Origin: Nitrospirales bacterium
Lineage (GTDB): Bacteria; Nitrospirota; Nitrospiria; Nitrospirales; UBA8639
DNA length: 64,000 nt
Reading direction: 5' to 3'
Assembly: GCA_963422365.1 (NCBI GenBank)
Contig: OY729426.1
Location: forward strand, 1,952,001 to 2,016,000
Made by a program: the position numbers and the translations under genes. The notes beneath the pieces were generated by a model. The model ran no database searches. It saw only the letters and a program-made list of their open reading frames with translations, and was not told the DNA's origin. Below, one piece after another: positions 44,478 through 55,505 of this stretch (positions are counted from its first letter, which is position 1; every line of letters starts with the position of its first letter).

Positions 44478-46259
44478 CTACCGTTTTTTGAGGATCCATA
44501 CAAACAGGCGAGGATTCAGCGTCGCTTTGGGCAAAATCGATTTATGTATATGAAAGGGCTGCGAATTTGAAGCCAGGTCGCCAAAGACAATTTCCAACGG
44601 GAGCCTTGAGACAAAGGAAGAAAGCGAGTCCGGTCCGGCAATAAACGCCAATGCGTTGGGCCGGAGCGCTCCGCTGATCCGGTGCAGATGGTCTTGTAAT
44701 GTTGCCGTGTCATGATATGAAGCAAACGGCAGCCAGACGTACATGAGATCATACAGGGTCTGATACACACCATGATGGAGCGAGTCTTCGCTCAGAAAAC
44801 GATAGGAGCCTTGCCAGTCGAGCCGGTTGTTCCGAGCGAATTGGTTCCAAGTCGCTTGGGCCTGTTTTTGGGCATAGGCTCCACGTGAATAGACAATTGT
44901 TGTCGATCGAGGTTGGTCAAGCGCCAATAAGGCGCCGATGACTGCGTCAAACCCATGAATGAGGATTTGTCCGGCTTGTCCGACTTGGACAGCCAGGCGT
45001 TGATTCTGTTCGATGAAGTCGTTCAAAAAATCAGCCACAAAGGGTTGGCTCGGAAGATCACTGATCGACGTGTCATCTTCTGGATAGAGCAACACAGCTG
45101 AGTAAGCATCTTGCGGCGAGACCACGGGAGCGCCATCAGAAAAAAACCCTTCCCAGGAACTTTCCCTCTTTGTCGTAGCCTGCTGTCTTGCATGCTGCTC
45201 TATCTGCTGCGTGATGCCCCAAGTTGCCTGTAAAGCAATCTCGTGTGAGGTCTTGTGGTCATACAGAAACAGTCGATCGGAGCTCACGACAATCTGTTTT
45301 CCGCAGGGCGCGAACCCTTGTTGATTCGGAGTCACAAACGGGAGGCCGCTGGTGTCATCCGTCTTCGTCACCTTGAGGACGTGTCCGTGTTTGACCGTCA
45401 GACACATCTGATGGCGCGGGTCGATATAGCGCACAGGCGGATGAGGATTCGGCAACCAATCGACTGCATGTGACCGAGGAGCATCCATGAAGATGGTAAA
45501 CGGACTTTCCCTGCCTCGGTGCGTGGCCGTAAAAAAATTGCTGAATAACCCGAAGGCCGCTGCCGACGGGTACGTTGGAATACCTCTGTATTGTAAGGAC
45601 CGCGGGTTCTGTGGGTTTTGATCATCATACAGCCCGCGAATCAATTCAAACGCGGCGCTGCCCGTTCCCGGCAATAAGGATTGAAATAATTCCACCACCG
45701 GCAAATAATCAATACACGCCCAATGCATGGCGCTCATGCAGGACATAAATTGCGCGTGTTCCCACGTGCCGTCTTCCAAGGCGTACAACGCGTCCTTCCG
45801 TTGGCGAATCGTGGCGTGTCCGGTTGGATCGAGTATCAGATCGTCATCCGTATAAAAAAATTCAACTTCTTCGAAGGCCACGCCCATCGCCTGAGCAGCC
45901 ATCATGCGAAGGTCCCGCCGAGTCAGGGTTTCCCACCCGGGTCGAGCAGACAGATCCAGATTCATGGTGTTGACCAACCCGCTGGGTTTCAGGCCGACCC
46001 ATTGTCCCCAATCCAAGTACATTCGGGCCGACACCAGATGGACCGTGCCGTCGGCACCTTCCCCCCACTCACATTCATGCAGCGGGTGACCCTCAGGATC
46101 CGCCAGCAGGATTCGCCGTCCTGATGGCCCATAGACCACCAGATGGCCTGTGGCAAGATGGTTGCATGTCATGCGATCCAACGACAAATTCGCAACAAGG
46201 GAGCAGTTGCCTTGGAGAGCCAAGGTACCAGGGTTTTGAAGCAGTGACGACAACATCAT
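44478..46259 (-). CDS. large hypothetical protein (about 593 aa)
   Basis: Long open frame, no recognised family; the C-terminus loosely resembles a methyltransferase fold. The start is uncertain. Confidence 0.8.
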   Translation of the reverse strand: MMLSSLLQNPGTLALQGNCSLVANLSLDRMTCNHLATGHLVVYGPSGRRILLADPEGHPLHECEWGEGADGTVHLVSARMYLDWGQWVGLKPSGLVNTMNLDLSARPGWETLTRRDLRMMAAQAMGVAFEEVEFFYTDDDLILDPTGHATIRQRKDALYALEDGTWEHAQFMSCMSAMHWACIDYLPVVELFQSLLPGTGSAAFELIRGLYDDQNPQNPRSLQYRGIPTYPSAAAFGLFSNFFTATHRGRESPFTIFMDAPRSHAVDWLPNPHPPVRYIDPRHQMCLTVKHGHVLKVTKTDDTSGLPFVTPNQQGFAPCGKQIVVSSDRLFLYDHKTSHEIALQATWGITQQIEQHARQQATTKRESSWEGFFSDGAPVVSPQDAYSAVLLYPEDDTSISDLPSQPFVADFLNDFIEQNQRLAVQVGQAGQILIHGFDAVIGALLALDQPRSTTIVYSRGAYAQKQAQATWNQFARNNRLDWQGSYRFLSEDSLHHGVYQTLYDLMYVWLPFASYHDTATLQDHLHRISGALRPNALAFIAGPDSLSSFVSRLPLEIVFGDLASNSQPFHIHKSILPKATLNPRLFVWILKKR

Positions 46260-46439
46260 GGAATGGTTTTTCAATATGCCTCGTACTGAAGATGCTGATA
46301 GCAGAAAGGTAATATATAAGATAGAGGAAACGAAAAGAGAAAGCGACTGTCTCAGGTTTGGCTTTACCCCTCCCCTAAAATAAAGTTCTTTACAATTTTT
46401 ATCCCTTGCAGCCAGACCATAACTCAACAGGAAAAATCA

Positions 46440-47803
46440 TTGATGAACAGATACAGACTCTTTATTTTCGTCGTAATGGTTCAGTCAGGTTGCAGCATCG
46501 GTGCTGGGGCCCACCAAGCCTGATTCCGGGTCAGACGGTTCTGTGTCAGCCCCAAGAAAACTTGCCCGAACCGCAACCCGAGCCAAAAACCATGCATCCA
46601 GACCCAAATCGAGACTCAGCCCTGGGCAGGAACCTTCATTGGCATTCTACCGGGCAAAGGCGTCACCGTCGGTGTGATCGATGCGAAGATGCCGACGGGC
46701 GAGAACGATCTCCATCCCTTTCTAGAGAGAACATCAGTAACGGAAACCATTCTTGACCCTTCCGTAAAGGATGACAATCCCGATGGGTGGAGCCACTCCA
46801 CCGCGGTCGTCAGCGTCATCGCCGCTTAGCCGCATCAGGATTATCGTGACGGATTCTACGGAATTGCCTGAGGCGCTGCCCCCTGCGGATGTTCCCTATC
46901 ACACTTGGCGTCGTCCCACCCCAAACCTATACGCCGATTCCCCTGGACGACTTGAACAAGTCGGATGCGAATTATGCGGGGCTGTTCACCACCGCCGTGA
47001 GTACGGATGTCGATACCCTGAATATGAGTTGGGCCGCTTCGGGGCTTATCGAAAACTACAGCGAAGCGGATTTGCGCGCTAATATTCCCGATACGATCAC
47101 CGCGTTGGCGCAGAACGCGGTGAAGGACAAGAAAATCCCGGCGAGCAGTCAGGCTCCTTTCGGTCTGACTGTACGTCTTTCGCCGCGCCGATGGTTTCGG
47201 CTGGTTCACCGTCATGAAACAGATTTTTCGCGGCCAGATGTCGAGCACCGAACTCGTGACGCGGCTATTTGCAACCGCCGACAAGAACGGTAAATTCGCC
47301 GACAGGGCAATCTACGGCCAGGGTTGCCTCGGGCAACATGGTCGCCAGTGCCGGCATCGGTCTGGAACAGACCGGCCTCAGTCTTGGCGGAGCGTTCGGC
47401 GATGGGCTGGGGTGTTCGCTGGCCTAGCAGGAAATCGCGGTATTCGACAGTCTCGGGCGCCGTTCTGGTTCAAGCTCGACGGCTTCCCTGGTACAGCCAG
47501 CGGCGACTGCCAAACGGCGGCTCATTTCGGATCTCGCTCTCGCAGCCCTTGCGGGTGGAGGGTGGCCGGACTGCGCTCTCCATTCCTATCGGCCGGACCA
47601 AGGACGGCAATGTTCTGCGCTCATCATTGGGTGCCGATCTGACACCGTCAGTCAAACAGCTCGATGTCTCGGCGCGATGGCACCACCCGCTCGCCAATGG
47701 CGGCAAGTTGCGCTTCGATGCCCCGTGGATGCGTAATCCTGGCCATAACGCATGCATCAAACCGGCGATGAGCTTCATGGCTAGATGGCTGTTCGAGTTT
47801 TAG
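46440..47803 (+). pseudogene. degraded S8 (subtilisin-like) peptidase with a beta-rich C-terminal domain
   Basis: Fragments FTGKGVTVGVID, HSTAVVSVIAA, LNMSW, ELVTRLFATADK..IYGQG, and C-terminal LSQPLRVEGG..PIGRTKDG..DLTPS; several frameshifts. The start is approximate. Confidence 0.7.
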
Positions 47804-47905
47804 GCGTGAGGTCGATACGTCGCTTACAGGACGTCTGAGTGGTGCTGTGTTTAAGCTGGCGTTACGTGAAGGCGGTCGCGGCTAATCTTATCCGCCGAAG
47901 TGTTC

Positions 47906-49249
47906 CTACTCCCGAACCTGTCCTGAACCATAGACCACATATTTGGAGCAGGTAAGGTCTTCTGGGCCCATGGGGCCACGGGCGTGAATACGGGTGGTGC
48001 TGATGCCGATTTCCGCGCCAAGGCCGAATTGGTAGCCGTCATTGAGTCGGGAGGAGGCATTGACCATCACCGCCCCTGCATCGACTTCTTGTAAGAATCT
48101 CATGGCACGACCATAGTCCTTGGTCACAATGACTTCGGTATGCCGAGATCCATAGGTGTGAATATGATTCATGGCATCATCTATATCTTTGACGATTTTA
48201 ACCGCCAACGTCAGTGAGAGAAATTCTTGGCCATAATCTTCTTCAGTCGCGATCTGGGCCTCAGGAATATACTGACGGGTTTGTTCACAGCCACGTATTT
48301 CCACTTTGGCCTTGGTTAAAGCCTTTCCCAACGCCGGCAAAAATTTTCTCGCAATATTATAATGAACCAGTAAGGTTTCCATGGCATTACACGTCGAAGG
48401 CCGTTGGACCTTGGCATTCACACTAATGGCTTCAGCCATCTTGAGATCGGCATCGGCATCGATATAGGTGTGACATACCCCTTTATCATGCTTGATAACC
48501 GGGATAGTCGAATGCTCGGTCACGGTTTTCATGAGCGATTCCCCGCCCCGCGGGATAATCAAGTCAATGAATTCGTCTTGTTTCAGCAACTCCATCACCG
48601 CTTCCCGTTCAGTCCGTTCGACCAAGGAGATTGCTCCTTCGGGGATGCCGGCTTTTTGTGCAGCTTCGGATAGGACGCGGGCAATGCCCATATTAGAATG
48701 AATGGCTTCCGATCCCCCTCGCAGCACGCAGACGTTCCCTGATTTGAGACACAACGCCGCGGCATCGGCTGTGACATTCGGGCGAGATTCATAAATGATC
48801 CCAATGACCCCAATGGGCACGCGGACCCGTCCGACTTTCATGCCGTTGGGCCGGTTCCACATGCCTAATGATTGACCAATGGGATCGCGCAGCTTGGCAA
48901 TTTGCCGAATACCGTCCGCCACATCGTGAATACGCTCGGGAGTGAGTTGAAGCCGGTCAGCCATGGCCTCGCGCCCGTTACTCGGATCAAAGGCATCGAG
49001 GTCTTTGGCATTTTCTTCCAGAAGCGCGTCGGTAGCTTCTTCCAGCCCTTTGGCCATGGCCAACAGCGCGATGTTTTTCACGGATGCCGTGACACTGCTC
49101 AGTTTGGTGGATGCCGCACGCGCCTGTTCAAGCAGATTGCGGAGATAGGTGGGGGTATCAATAAGCTCTTCTTCGGGAGATTCGGGTTCCTCTGTCGGCT
49201 CTTCCACCATTTTTTCTTGCATCTCTTCTTGAATTTCCTCTGCACTCAT
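47906..49249 (-). CDS. proA: gamma-glutamyl phosphate reductase
   Basis: PIGVIGIIYESRPNVT, LRGGSEA, IPRGG, CNAMETLL, GAEIGIST, HARGPMG. Confidence 0.97.
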   Translation of the reverse strand: MSAEEIQEEMQEKMVEEPTEEPESPEEELIDTPTYLRNLLEQARAASTKLSSVTASVKNIALLAMAKGLEEATDALLEENAKDLDAFDPSNGREAMADRLQLTPERIHDVADGIRQIAKLRDPIGQSLGMWNRPNGMKVGRVRVPIGVIGIIYESRPNVTADAAALCLKSGNVCVLRGGSEAIHSNMGIARVLSEAAQKAGIPEGAISLVERTEREAVMELLKQDEFIDLIIPRGGESLMKTVTEHSTIPVIKHDKGVCHTYIDADADLKMAEAISVNAKVQRPSTCNAMETLLVHYNIARKFLPALGKALTKAKVEIRGCEQTRQYIPEAQIATEEDYGQEFLSLTLAVKIVKDIDDAMNHIHTYGSRHTEVIVTKDYGRAMRFLQEVDAGAVMVNASSRLNDGYQFGLGAEIGISTTRIHARGPMGPEDLTCSKYVVYGSGQVRE

Positions 49250-49570
49250 ACTGTTCGGCCCTCAAAATGTGATGTATGGGGTAACGTCGGTGATTATCTT
49301 ACGTCGAAGCGAGAATACCCGTGCCTCATGAACAAGGTCAAGGTTCCACGGTGTCGGAGATGAAATCGGCGCATGAGATGCGTCCCTACAGGGCCGTGTT
49401 CTGACAACCTGAGTACCTACAATGGTCCCAGTCTTTTCCATGGGGTTGTCAAATGAGGCGTCGGTTGCGCAATCCCCTTGATTTTCTTTATGCAATCCTG
49501 TTACACAATGTCGCCTTCGCTGTTTCAGCGAATCGGCAATACGTTTCTTGCCAATCCACTCTTATCTCGT

Positions 49571-49646
49571 GCCGAGGTAGCTCAGTTGGCAGAGCACAGC
49601 CCTGAAAAGGCTGGTGTCGGCAGTTCGATTCTGCCCCTCGGCACCA
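49571..49646 (+). tRNA. tRNA-Phe (GAA)
   Basis: GCCGAGG/CCTCGGC acceptor stem, anticodon arm CAGCC-CTGAAAA-GGCTG, GTTCGAT T-loop, encoded CCA. Confidence 0.97.
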
Positions 49647-50043
49647 ATATTTCCAACAAGTTCGCGTCTCTTTTGGATTTGACCTAACATCCTAGCATTA
49701 TTTCAGGGCAATTCATGGCCCTTGCGCAAGTGGTCATCCCGTTCAGTCCATCCGTGCAAACAACATATATCCCTTTTTCATATCCTAAACACTCTGCCTG
49801 TGCTTTCTTGAAAGAAACATCAAAAATTCATGTAAACCTAAAGTTACCCTTAATCCAATATAGGAAAAGTTAAAGTTTTGGTTTCAATTTTAAGCGAGCC
49901 GCCATCCCAAGACCTTCAGGCTCTCGGCCAGAAGTATCCAGAGGCTTCTCCCTCAGATGCTATTTTCCAGGACAATACTAGACGGGAAATTGAGGGGAAG
50001 ATCACAACGAACAGAGAGACCATCGTCTAGTCGAGAAAGAACC

Positions 50044-50754
50044 CTACTCAGGGCACGGTTGCTGTGCCATGGTCGCATCGATCATAGAGCGAAACACTAA
50101 TTGCCCTGCTTGACTGCCTAACACGGATTCCGCACAGCGTTCGGGATGCGGCATGAGACCCAAAACATTGCCTGCTGTATTGCAAATCCCTGCAATATGA
50201 TCGAGGGAACCATTGGGATTAGCCTCTTCTGTGACGATTCCGTCTTCCTGACAATACCGGAACACGATTTGGGCATTGGCTTGGAGTGAGGCTAAGGTCA
50301 CCGGATCGGTATGATAATTGCCCTCAGCATGGGCAATGGGGAATCGTAGCACGTGTCCGGGTTCATAGTGTCGTGTAAACGGGGTATCGGCATGTTCCAC
50401 TCTCACCCAGACATCTTCACAAATAAAGGAAAGTCCAATGTTTGGCAGCATGGCTCCGGGCAATAACCCTGCCTCAAGCAAGATCTGAAAGCCATTGCAG
50501 ATTCCCAGTACCAACCCTCCTGCCTGGGCAAATTCTTTGACTGCGGGCATAATGGGCGATAACTGCGCAATGGCACCGGTACGCAGGTAATCTCCATAAG
50601 AGAATCCTCCTGGCAAGATGATCGCCTCTCTCTCACCCAGAGAAGTTTCGCCATGCCAGATGAGGTTGACGTCTTGCCCTAGCCCATCTGACAAAACATG
50701 CACGCAATCGCGATCACAATTGGACCCAGGGAAAACGATGACGCCCCATTTCAT
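50044..50754 (-). CDS. purQ: FGAM synthase glutaminase subunit
   Basis: [31 protein letters not shown]. Confidence 0.98.
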   Translation of the reverse strand: MKWGVIVFPGSNCDRDCVHVLSDGLGQDVNLIWHGETSLGEREAIILPGGFSYGDYLRTGAIAQLSPIMPAVKEFAQAGGLVLGICNGFQILLEAGLLPGAMLPNIGLSFICEDVWVRVEHADTPFTRHYEPGHVLRFPIAHAEGNYHTDPVTLASLQANAQIVFRYCQEDGIVTEEANPNGSLDHIAGICNTAGNVLGLMPHPERCAESVLGSQAGQLVFRSMIDATMAQQPCPE

Positions 50755-51017
50755 GATGGATGCACTGACGGCTGAAGTTCCAGTTCATACCGATATTCTT
50801 CAATGACCGTGTTGGCGAGTAGTGTTTCACACATGGCTTTTAGTTGCTCTTCTGCTTGAGCCGGGTCGTTTTCATTGAGTTTGATTTCCAAAAATTTTCC
50901 CACCCGGACATCGTTCACGCTGGAAAACCCTAAGGTCTCTAACGATTGCTGGATGACTCGCCCCTGAGGATCTAAAATGCCCGATTTCAAGGTGACGTGG
51001 ATTGTTGCCTTGATCAT
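50751..51017 (-). CDS. purS: FGAM synthase PurS subunit
   Basis: [19 protein letters not shown]. Confidence 0.96.
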   Translation of the reverse strand: MIKATIHVTLKSGILDPQGRVIQQSLETLGFSSVNDVRVGKFLEIKLNENDPAQAEEQLKAMCETLLANTVIEEYRYELELQPSVHPS

Positions 51018-52366
51018 GAGCGAGTCCTGCCTTTTCTCGCCTGTCCTTGCCCCACTTTTTTAGAGACGGTTTTTGAGCCAAAGACTCGACGATACACTTC
51101 GTTGAGGTGACGAACGTACCATTGCGGCTCGAAGCAGGCGTTGACCTCAGTTTGTGTCAACTTTTTTGAGATCAACGGGTCTTGAGACACGAGATCGTGA
51201 AAGGTCCCGTGCCCTTCCCAGGCTTTCATGGCATTGCGTTGAACCGCTTCGTATCCGGCTTTGCGTTCGATCCCGTGATTCACTAAAGCCAATAACACGC
51301 GTTGGGAGTATACCAACCCGCCGGTCAAGTTTAAATTTTTCAGCATCCGTTCCGGATACACCACCAGATTTTTCAGGAGTTGTGTTAAGCGCACGACCAT
51401 GTAATCAATCACCATCGTGCTGTCCGGAAGAATAATACGCTCGACCGACGAGTGGCTGATGTCACGTTCATGCCACAGTGCGACGTTTTCTAACGCGGCG
51501 AGACTATTGGCTCGGATGACTCGCGCAAGGCCACAGAGATTTTCAGAGCCTACCGGATTTCGTTTATGCGGCATCGCGGAAGACCCCTTTTGCCCGACGC
51601 TAAAATATTCCTCGGCTTCCAAGACTTCGGTTCGTTGAAGATGGCGAATTTCGGTGGCCACCTTTTCGATACTTGCAGCAATAAGGGCCAAGGTGGTCAC
51701 AAACGCGGCATGTCGGTCCCGTTGCACCACTTGATTCGAAACGGGAGCTGGTTTCAACCCCAGCTTCGCACAGATGATGTTTTCCATCCGCGGCGGAAGG
51801 TGTGCAAACGTGCCCATGGCCCCGGACAGTTTTCCAACGGCAATATCCTCCCCGGCAGTAATCAAGCGTTTGCGTTGACGTGTGAATTCCTCGTACCAAA
51901 TAGCAAACTTAAAGCCTAAAGAGATGGGTTCGCCGTGAATGCCATGGGATCGTCCTACCATTATTGTCTTTTGGTGCTCGAAGGCTTGAGCTTGTAGCAC
52001 GTTCAATAAGGCATCCAGATCTTCCAGGATAATTCCCACCGCCTCAACTAATTGGATGGCAAGTCCGGTATCGAGAACATCGGAGGAGGTCAGCCCCACG
52101 TGCAAATGCCGAGCTGGTGGGCCTGCCTGCTCAGCAACGGATTCTAAAAACGCAATCACATCATGTTTGGTAATCTGTTCAATTTCCTCGATTCGGTCCG
52201 GATCGAGGGTGACGTTTCGTTTGATCCGTCGTGCCACTCCCTTGGGGACTTCGCCCGTTTCTTCACGCGCGTCACAAACGGCCAGTTCGACTTGCAGCCA
52301 GGTTTCATACTTCCGTTTCCTGGTCCATACAGCCCCCATGCGGGGTAAGGTGTAGCGTTCAATCAT
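51014..52366 (-). CDS. purB: adenylosuccinate lyase
   Basis: MIERY, HDVIAF, GRSHGIH, GSSAMPHKRNP, WHERDISHSS. Confidence 0.98.
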   Translation of the reverse strand: MIERYTLPRMGAVWTRKRKYETWLQVELAVCDAREETGEVPKGVARRIKRNVTLDPDRIEEIEQITKHDVIAFLESVAEQAGPPARHLHVGLTSSDVLDTGLAIQLVEAVGIILEDLDALLNVLQAQAFEHQKTIMVGRSHGIHGEPISLGFKFAIWYEEFTRQRKRLITAGEDIAVGKLSGAMGTFAHLPPRMENIICAKLGLKPAPVSNQVVQRDRHAAFVTTLALIAASIEKVATEIRHLQRTEVLEAEEYFSVGQKGSSAMPHKRNPVGSENLCGLARVIRANSLAALENVALWHERDISHSSVERIILPDSTMVIDYMVVRLTQLLKNLVVYPERMLKNLNLTGGLVYSQRVLLALVNHGIERKAGYEAVQRNAMKAWEGHGTFHDLVSQDPLISKKLTQTEVNACFEPQWYVRHLNEVYRRVFGSKTVSKKVGQGQARKGRTRS

Positions 52367-52953
52367 GAGGCTGCCTTGTGCAGTTCGGGTTCGGTCGGTA
52401 CGTGCGGTAGCGCATCGCCTCCATGCCCGGGGCCGGAACTAATGATTTCGTTGAGACCCTCAATGACACGCGGCAAGTCTTCAGGCTGAAACGCCGTCAG
52501 ACGCTTTCCAATTTTTTCAACGGCAAGCGTGCGAACTTGCCTGATTTGCACCCATGACGGTCGCAGCAGCCTAGCTTCATGGAGTTCAAGTGTGAGAGAA
52601 AAGCCTGCATGTTGCGGTTGGCTGGTCAGCGCCACGACAATGATGGTGTTTGAAGGCTCGTTGAAGACGTCATGGCTGAGGATTCATACCGGTCGTTGTC
52701 TGGCATGCTCACGTCCTCGTACCGGATTCAACCGAGTCCTGGCAAATCCTTCTTCAACCAATGCCTTTTCAAAATTCGGATCGAGTTTCGCACACTCACG
52801 GGCCAAGCGTCCCTGTTCCAAGCGCGCCAGTTTTTCTTGCACCGCCACTTCAATGGCTTGACTCCTGCTGGGAAAGACGGACTCCGCCACTCACCCGTCG
52901 AGCTGTCGAAGCATCTGCTTATGAAGGGAAACAGCTACTTTAGATCGCGCCAT
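52363..52953 (-). pseudogene. degraded type II TA pair: RHH/CopG antitoxin + PemK/MazF toxin
   Basis: Antitoxin MARSKVAVSL..LDG-stop-VAESVFPSRSQAIE..LARECAKLD. It runs directly into toxin sequence LNPVRGRE..RPV / ILSHDVFN..VALTS..QVRTL..KIGK, which lacks its start and has a frameshift. Confidence 0.8.
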
Positions 52954-53058
52954 AACGTCTTTTCAAATGTCGTGATAAACGACCGGGTATCACCATGTGT
53001 CATACCAGACAGTTTGTTCATCACAGGGATATGGTCGATTCGCCACCACAAAAATGAG

Positions 53059-53562
53059 TTAAAGGGCGAGAGCACTGCGTTTGGGCTCCAGTCTCGCGTC
53101 TTGTTTGATGAATTGATCCAAGACCCCATTGACAAATCGTTTGGTCTCATCATCCGCAAAGCTTCCGGCTAATTGGAGAGCCTCATCCACCGTTACTTTT
53201 GCCGGCACGTCAGGGACCCAGAGCAATTCATACATTGCTTGTCGCAGAATATTGCGATCCACCACGGGCATGCGATCCACCGTCCAGTTTCGTGCATAGG
53301 TGGTAATGAGGTCATCGAGTTCAACTTGATGGGTTTGAACACCGGTGACTAACTGAGACACAAACACTCGAACCGATTGCGACGCTTTTCGTTGTGACCA
53401 AAATTGTTCCAGCCCAAATTCAGTAGACTGATGAAAATCCCATTGAAAAAGAATTTGAAGCGCCAATTCACGCGCATCATGCCGTGTATACCCTCGTCGG
53501 GGTTTGGGTAAAGAGTTATTGGATCGTTCCCGTATTGCCATGGCGGTCGTCTTCGCAGACAT
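53059..53562 (-). CDS. nusB: transcription antitermination factor NusB
   Basis: RHDARELALQILF, VDRNILR, DEALQLA, FVNGVLD. Confidence 0.95.
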   Translation of the reverse strand: MSAKTTAMAIRERSNNSLPKPRRGYTRHDARELALQILFQWDFHQSTEFGLEQFWSQRKASQSVRVFVSQLVTGVQTHQVELDDLITTYARNWTVDRMPVVDRNILRQAMYELLWVPDVPAKVTVDEALQLAGSFADDETKRFVNGVLDQFIKQDARLEPKRSALAL

Positions 53563-53568
53563 TTCTGA

Positions 53569-54069
53569 TTACCGTTGCCGGAAGCCGGTCGGCTTTCGAT
53601 CAATTTCGTGCAATTCCTTCATGAGGGTTGCCATTTCAATGGCGGTGCGCGCGGCTTCCGTACCGCGGTTAACTTCAGTGGTGCCTGCCCTGGCCAAGGC
53701 TTCTTCCGCGGTATTGGTCGTCAAGACCCCGAAGACAATAGGAATGCCCGTATCCCAAGAGGCTTGGGCAATGCCCCGACTCATTTCCGCACTGATATAA
53801 TCAAAATGAGGGGTCTCACCTTTAATGACGGCTCCTACACAAATCACGGCGTCGAACTGTCTGGAGCGGGCTAATTGCCTGGCCACTAATGGGATTTCAA
53901 ATGCTCCCGGAACCCGAACGATTTGAATGTTGTTCTCCGGTGAACCATGATTTTTTAAGGTCTCAAGCACACCAACTTCCAAACGACTGGTGACAAATTC
54001 ATTGAATTTACTCACCACAATTCCAAATTGCAGTTCCTGAGCATGCAGATTTCCTTCAGTGGGGTTCAT
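53569..54069 (-). CDS. ribH: 6,7-dimethyl-8-ribityllumazine synthase
   Basis: VPGAFEIP, GAVIKGETPHFDY, FGVLTT. Confidence 0.97.
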   Translation of the reverse strand: MNPTEGNLHAQELQFGIVVSKFNEFVTSRLEVGVLETLKNHGSPENNIQIVRVPGAFEIPLVARQLARSRQFDAVICVGAVIKGETPHFDYISAEMSRGIAQASWDTGIPIVFGVLTTNTAEEALARAGTTEVNRGTEAARTAIEMATLMKELHEIDRKPTGFRQR

Positions 54070-54120
54070 GGGAGGACAGGGTGATTCAACCTCTCTCTTG
54101 GCATTGAGAGGCTGAAACAC

Positions 54121-55326
54121 TTAGACGTTGTTTAACAGGTGACCCAGCTTGCTCTTTTTCGTTCGAAGATACCGGACATTCGTTTCTTGGGGATCGATTT
54201 CGATGGGGACGCGCTCGACCACCGTCAAGCCATATCCCGCAATCCCGACAATCTTTCGTGGGTTATTCGTCATGAGACGGATCTGCTTGAGTCCCAAGTT
54301 GACTAAAATTTGCGCACCGATGCCGTAATCTCGCAAGTCCGGTTTAAATCCTAGTTTGAGATTGGCTTCGACGGTGTCGCTGCCTTGGTCTTGCAGGTAA
54401 TAGGCTTTTATTTTATTCAGTAACCCGATACCCCGCCCCTCTTGATTCAAATACAGTAAAACCCCTTTACCTTCTTTTTCAATGACGGCCATGGCGCGGT
54501 GGAGCTGATCACGGCAGTCGCAACGCAAGGAGCCAAAGACATCCGACGTGAGACAGCCGGAATGCACTCGAACGAGGGTGGGCGATTCATCAATATGGCC
54601 TTTGACCAAGGCTATATGCGTTCCACTATCCAGTTCATTTTCAAAGACCCAGGCTTCAAAATTTCCAAAAATTGTCGGCAATTCGGCGCTCACGGATTTT
54701 TTGACAAAGGTCTCACGTGATAACCGATATTGAATGAGATCCTTGATGGTAATAAGCCTGAGGGCGTGTTGTTTGGCAAATTCCATGAGGTCCGGAATCC
54801 TTGCCATGGTTCCATTGTCATTCATGATTTCACAAATGACCCCAGCCGGATACCGGCCAGCCATACGGGCCAAATCAACGGATCCTTCGGTTTGGCCAGC
54901 TCGCTTGAGAACTCCTCCATCGTGAGCCCGTAGAGGGAAAATATGTCCCGGCTTCGCGAAATCAGAGGGTTTGGAGGAGAGGTTGACCGCCATGCGGATC
55001 GTCGTGGCCCGGTCTGCAGCCGAAATCCCTGTGGTCACATCTCGCGCGGCGTCGATGGACACGGTAAAGGCCGTTCCGAATGGCGCGGTATTGTCTGCAG
55101 TCTGAGGATGTAAATGAAGTTGGTTCGCTCGGTCGGCCGTGAGGGTCAGACAGATGAGACCACGGGCATGTTTGGCCATAAAGTTGATAGCATCCGGGGT
55201 GACGGATTCGGCAGCCATCACCAAATCGCCTTCGTTTTCACGATCTTCATCGTCTACCAGGATGATAAATTTCCCGGTACGAATGTCATCAAGGGCCTGG
55301 TCGATGGTATTAAATACGGGAGTCAT
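54121..55326 (-). CDS. ribBA: bifunctional DHBP synthase / GTP cyclohydrolase II
   Basis: [38 protein letters not shown]. Confidence 0.98.
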   Translation of the reverse strand: MTPVFNTIDQALDDIRTGKFIILVDDEDRENEGDLVMAAESVTPDAINFMAKHARGLICLTLTADRANQLHLHPQTADNTAPFGTAFTVSIDAARDVTTGISAADRATTIRMAVNLSSKPSDFAKPGHIFPLRAHDGGVLKRAGQTEGSVDLARMAGRYPAGVICEIMNDNGTMARIPDLMEFAKQHALRLITIKDLIQYRLSRETFVKKSVSAELPTIFGNFEAWVFENELDSGTHIALVKGHIDESPTLVRVHSGCLTSDVFGSLRCDCRDQLHRAMAVIEKEGKGVLLYLNQEGRGIGLLNKIKAYYLQDQGSDTVEANLKLGFKPDLRDYGIGAQILVNLGLKQIRLMTNNPRKIVGIAGYGLTVVERVPIEIDPQETNVRYLRTKKSKLGHLLNNV

Positions 55327-55505
55327 GCATGCAATCCCTTGTCAAATTTGAGGGGGGGGGTGTCCGCAGAAATGAGACCCTTTCCTGTTCAGAACGTCAT
55401 CCTGAAGCTTTCGGCGGTCTTCTGAGCAAATCCTTAAGTTTTATATGGGGTTTCTACTCGCCTTGTCAATGGAAAGTATACGAATCACAGCCTGCGAGAG
55501 TGGGA

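Noticed and set aside
49647..50043. Possible integrative element at tRNA-Phe
   Set aside because: Only about 400 bp of AT-rich spacer follows; I saw no integrase and no duplicated tRNA 3' end.
52891..52893. In-frame TGA in the antitoxin as selenocysteine or readthrough
   Set aside because: It is not a Cys-type position, and neighbouring lesions indicate a pseudogene.
55327..55505. FMN riboswitch upstream of ribBA
   Set aside because: The conserved RFN core motifs are not present on the coding strand.
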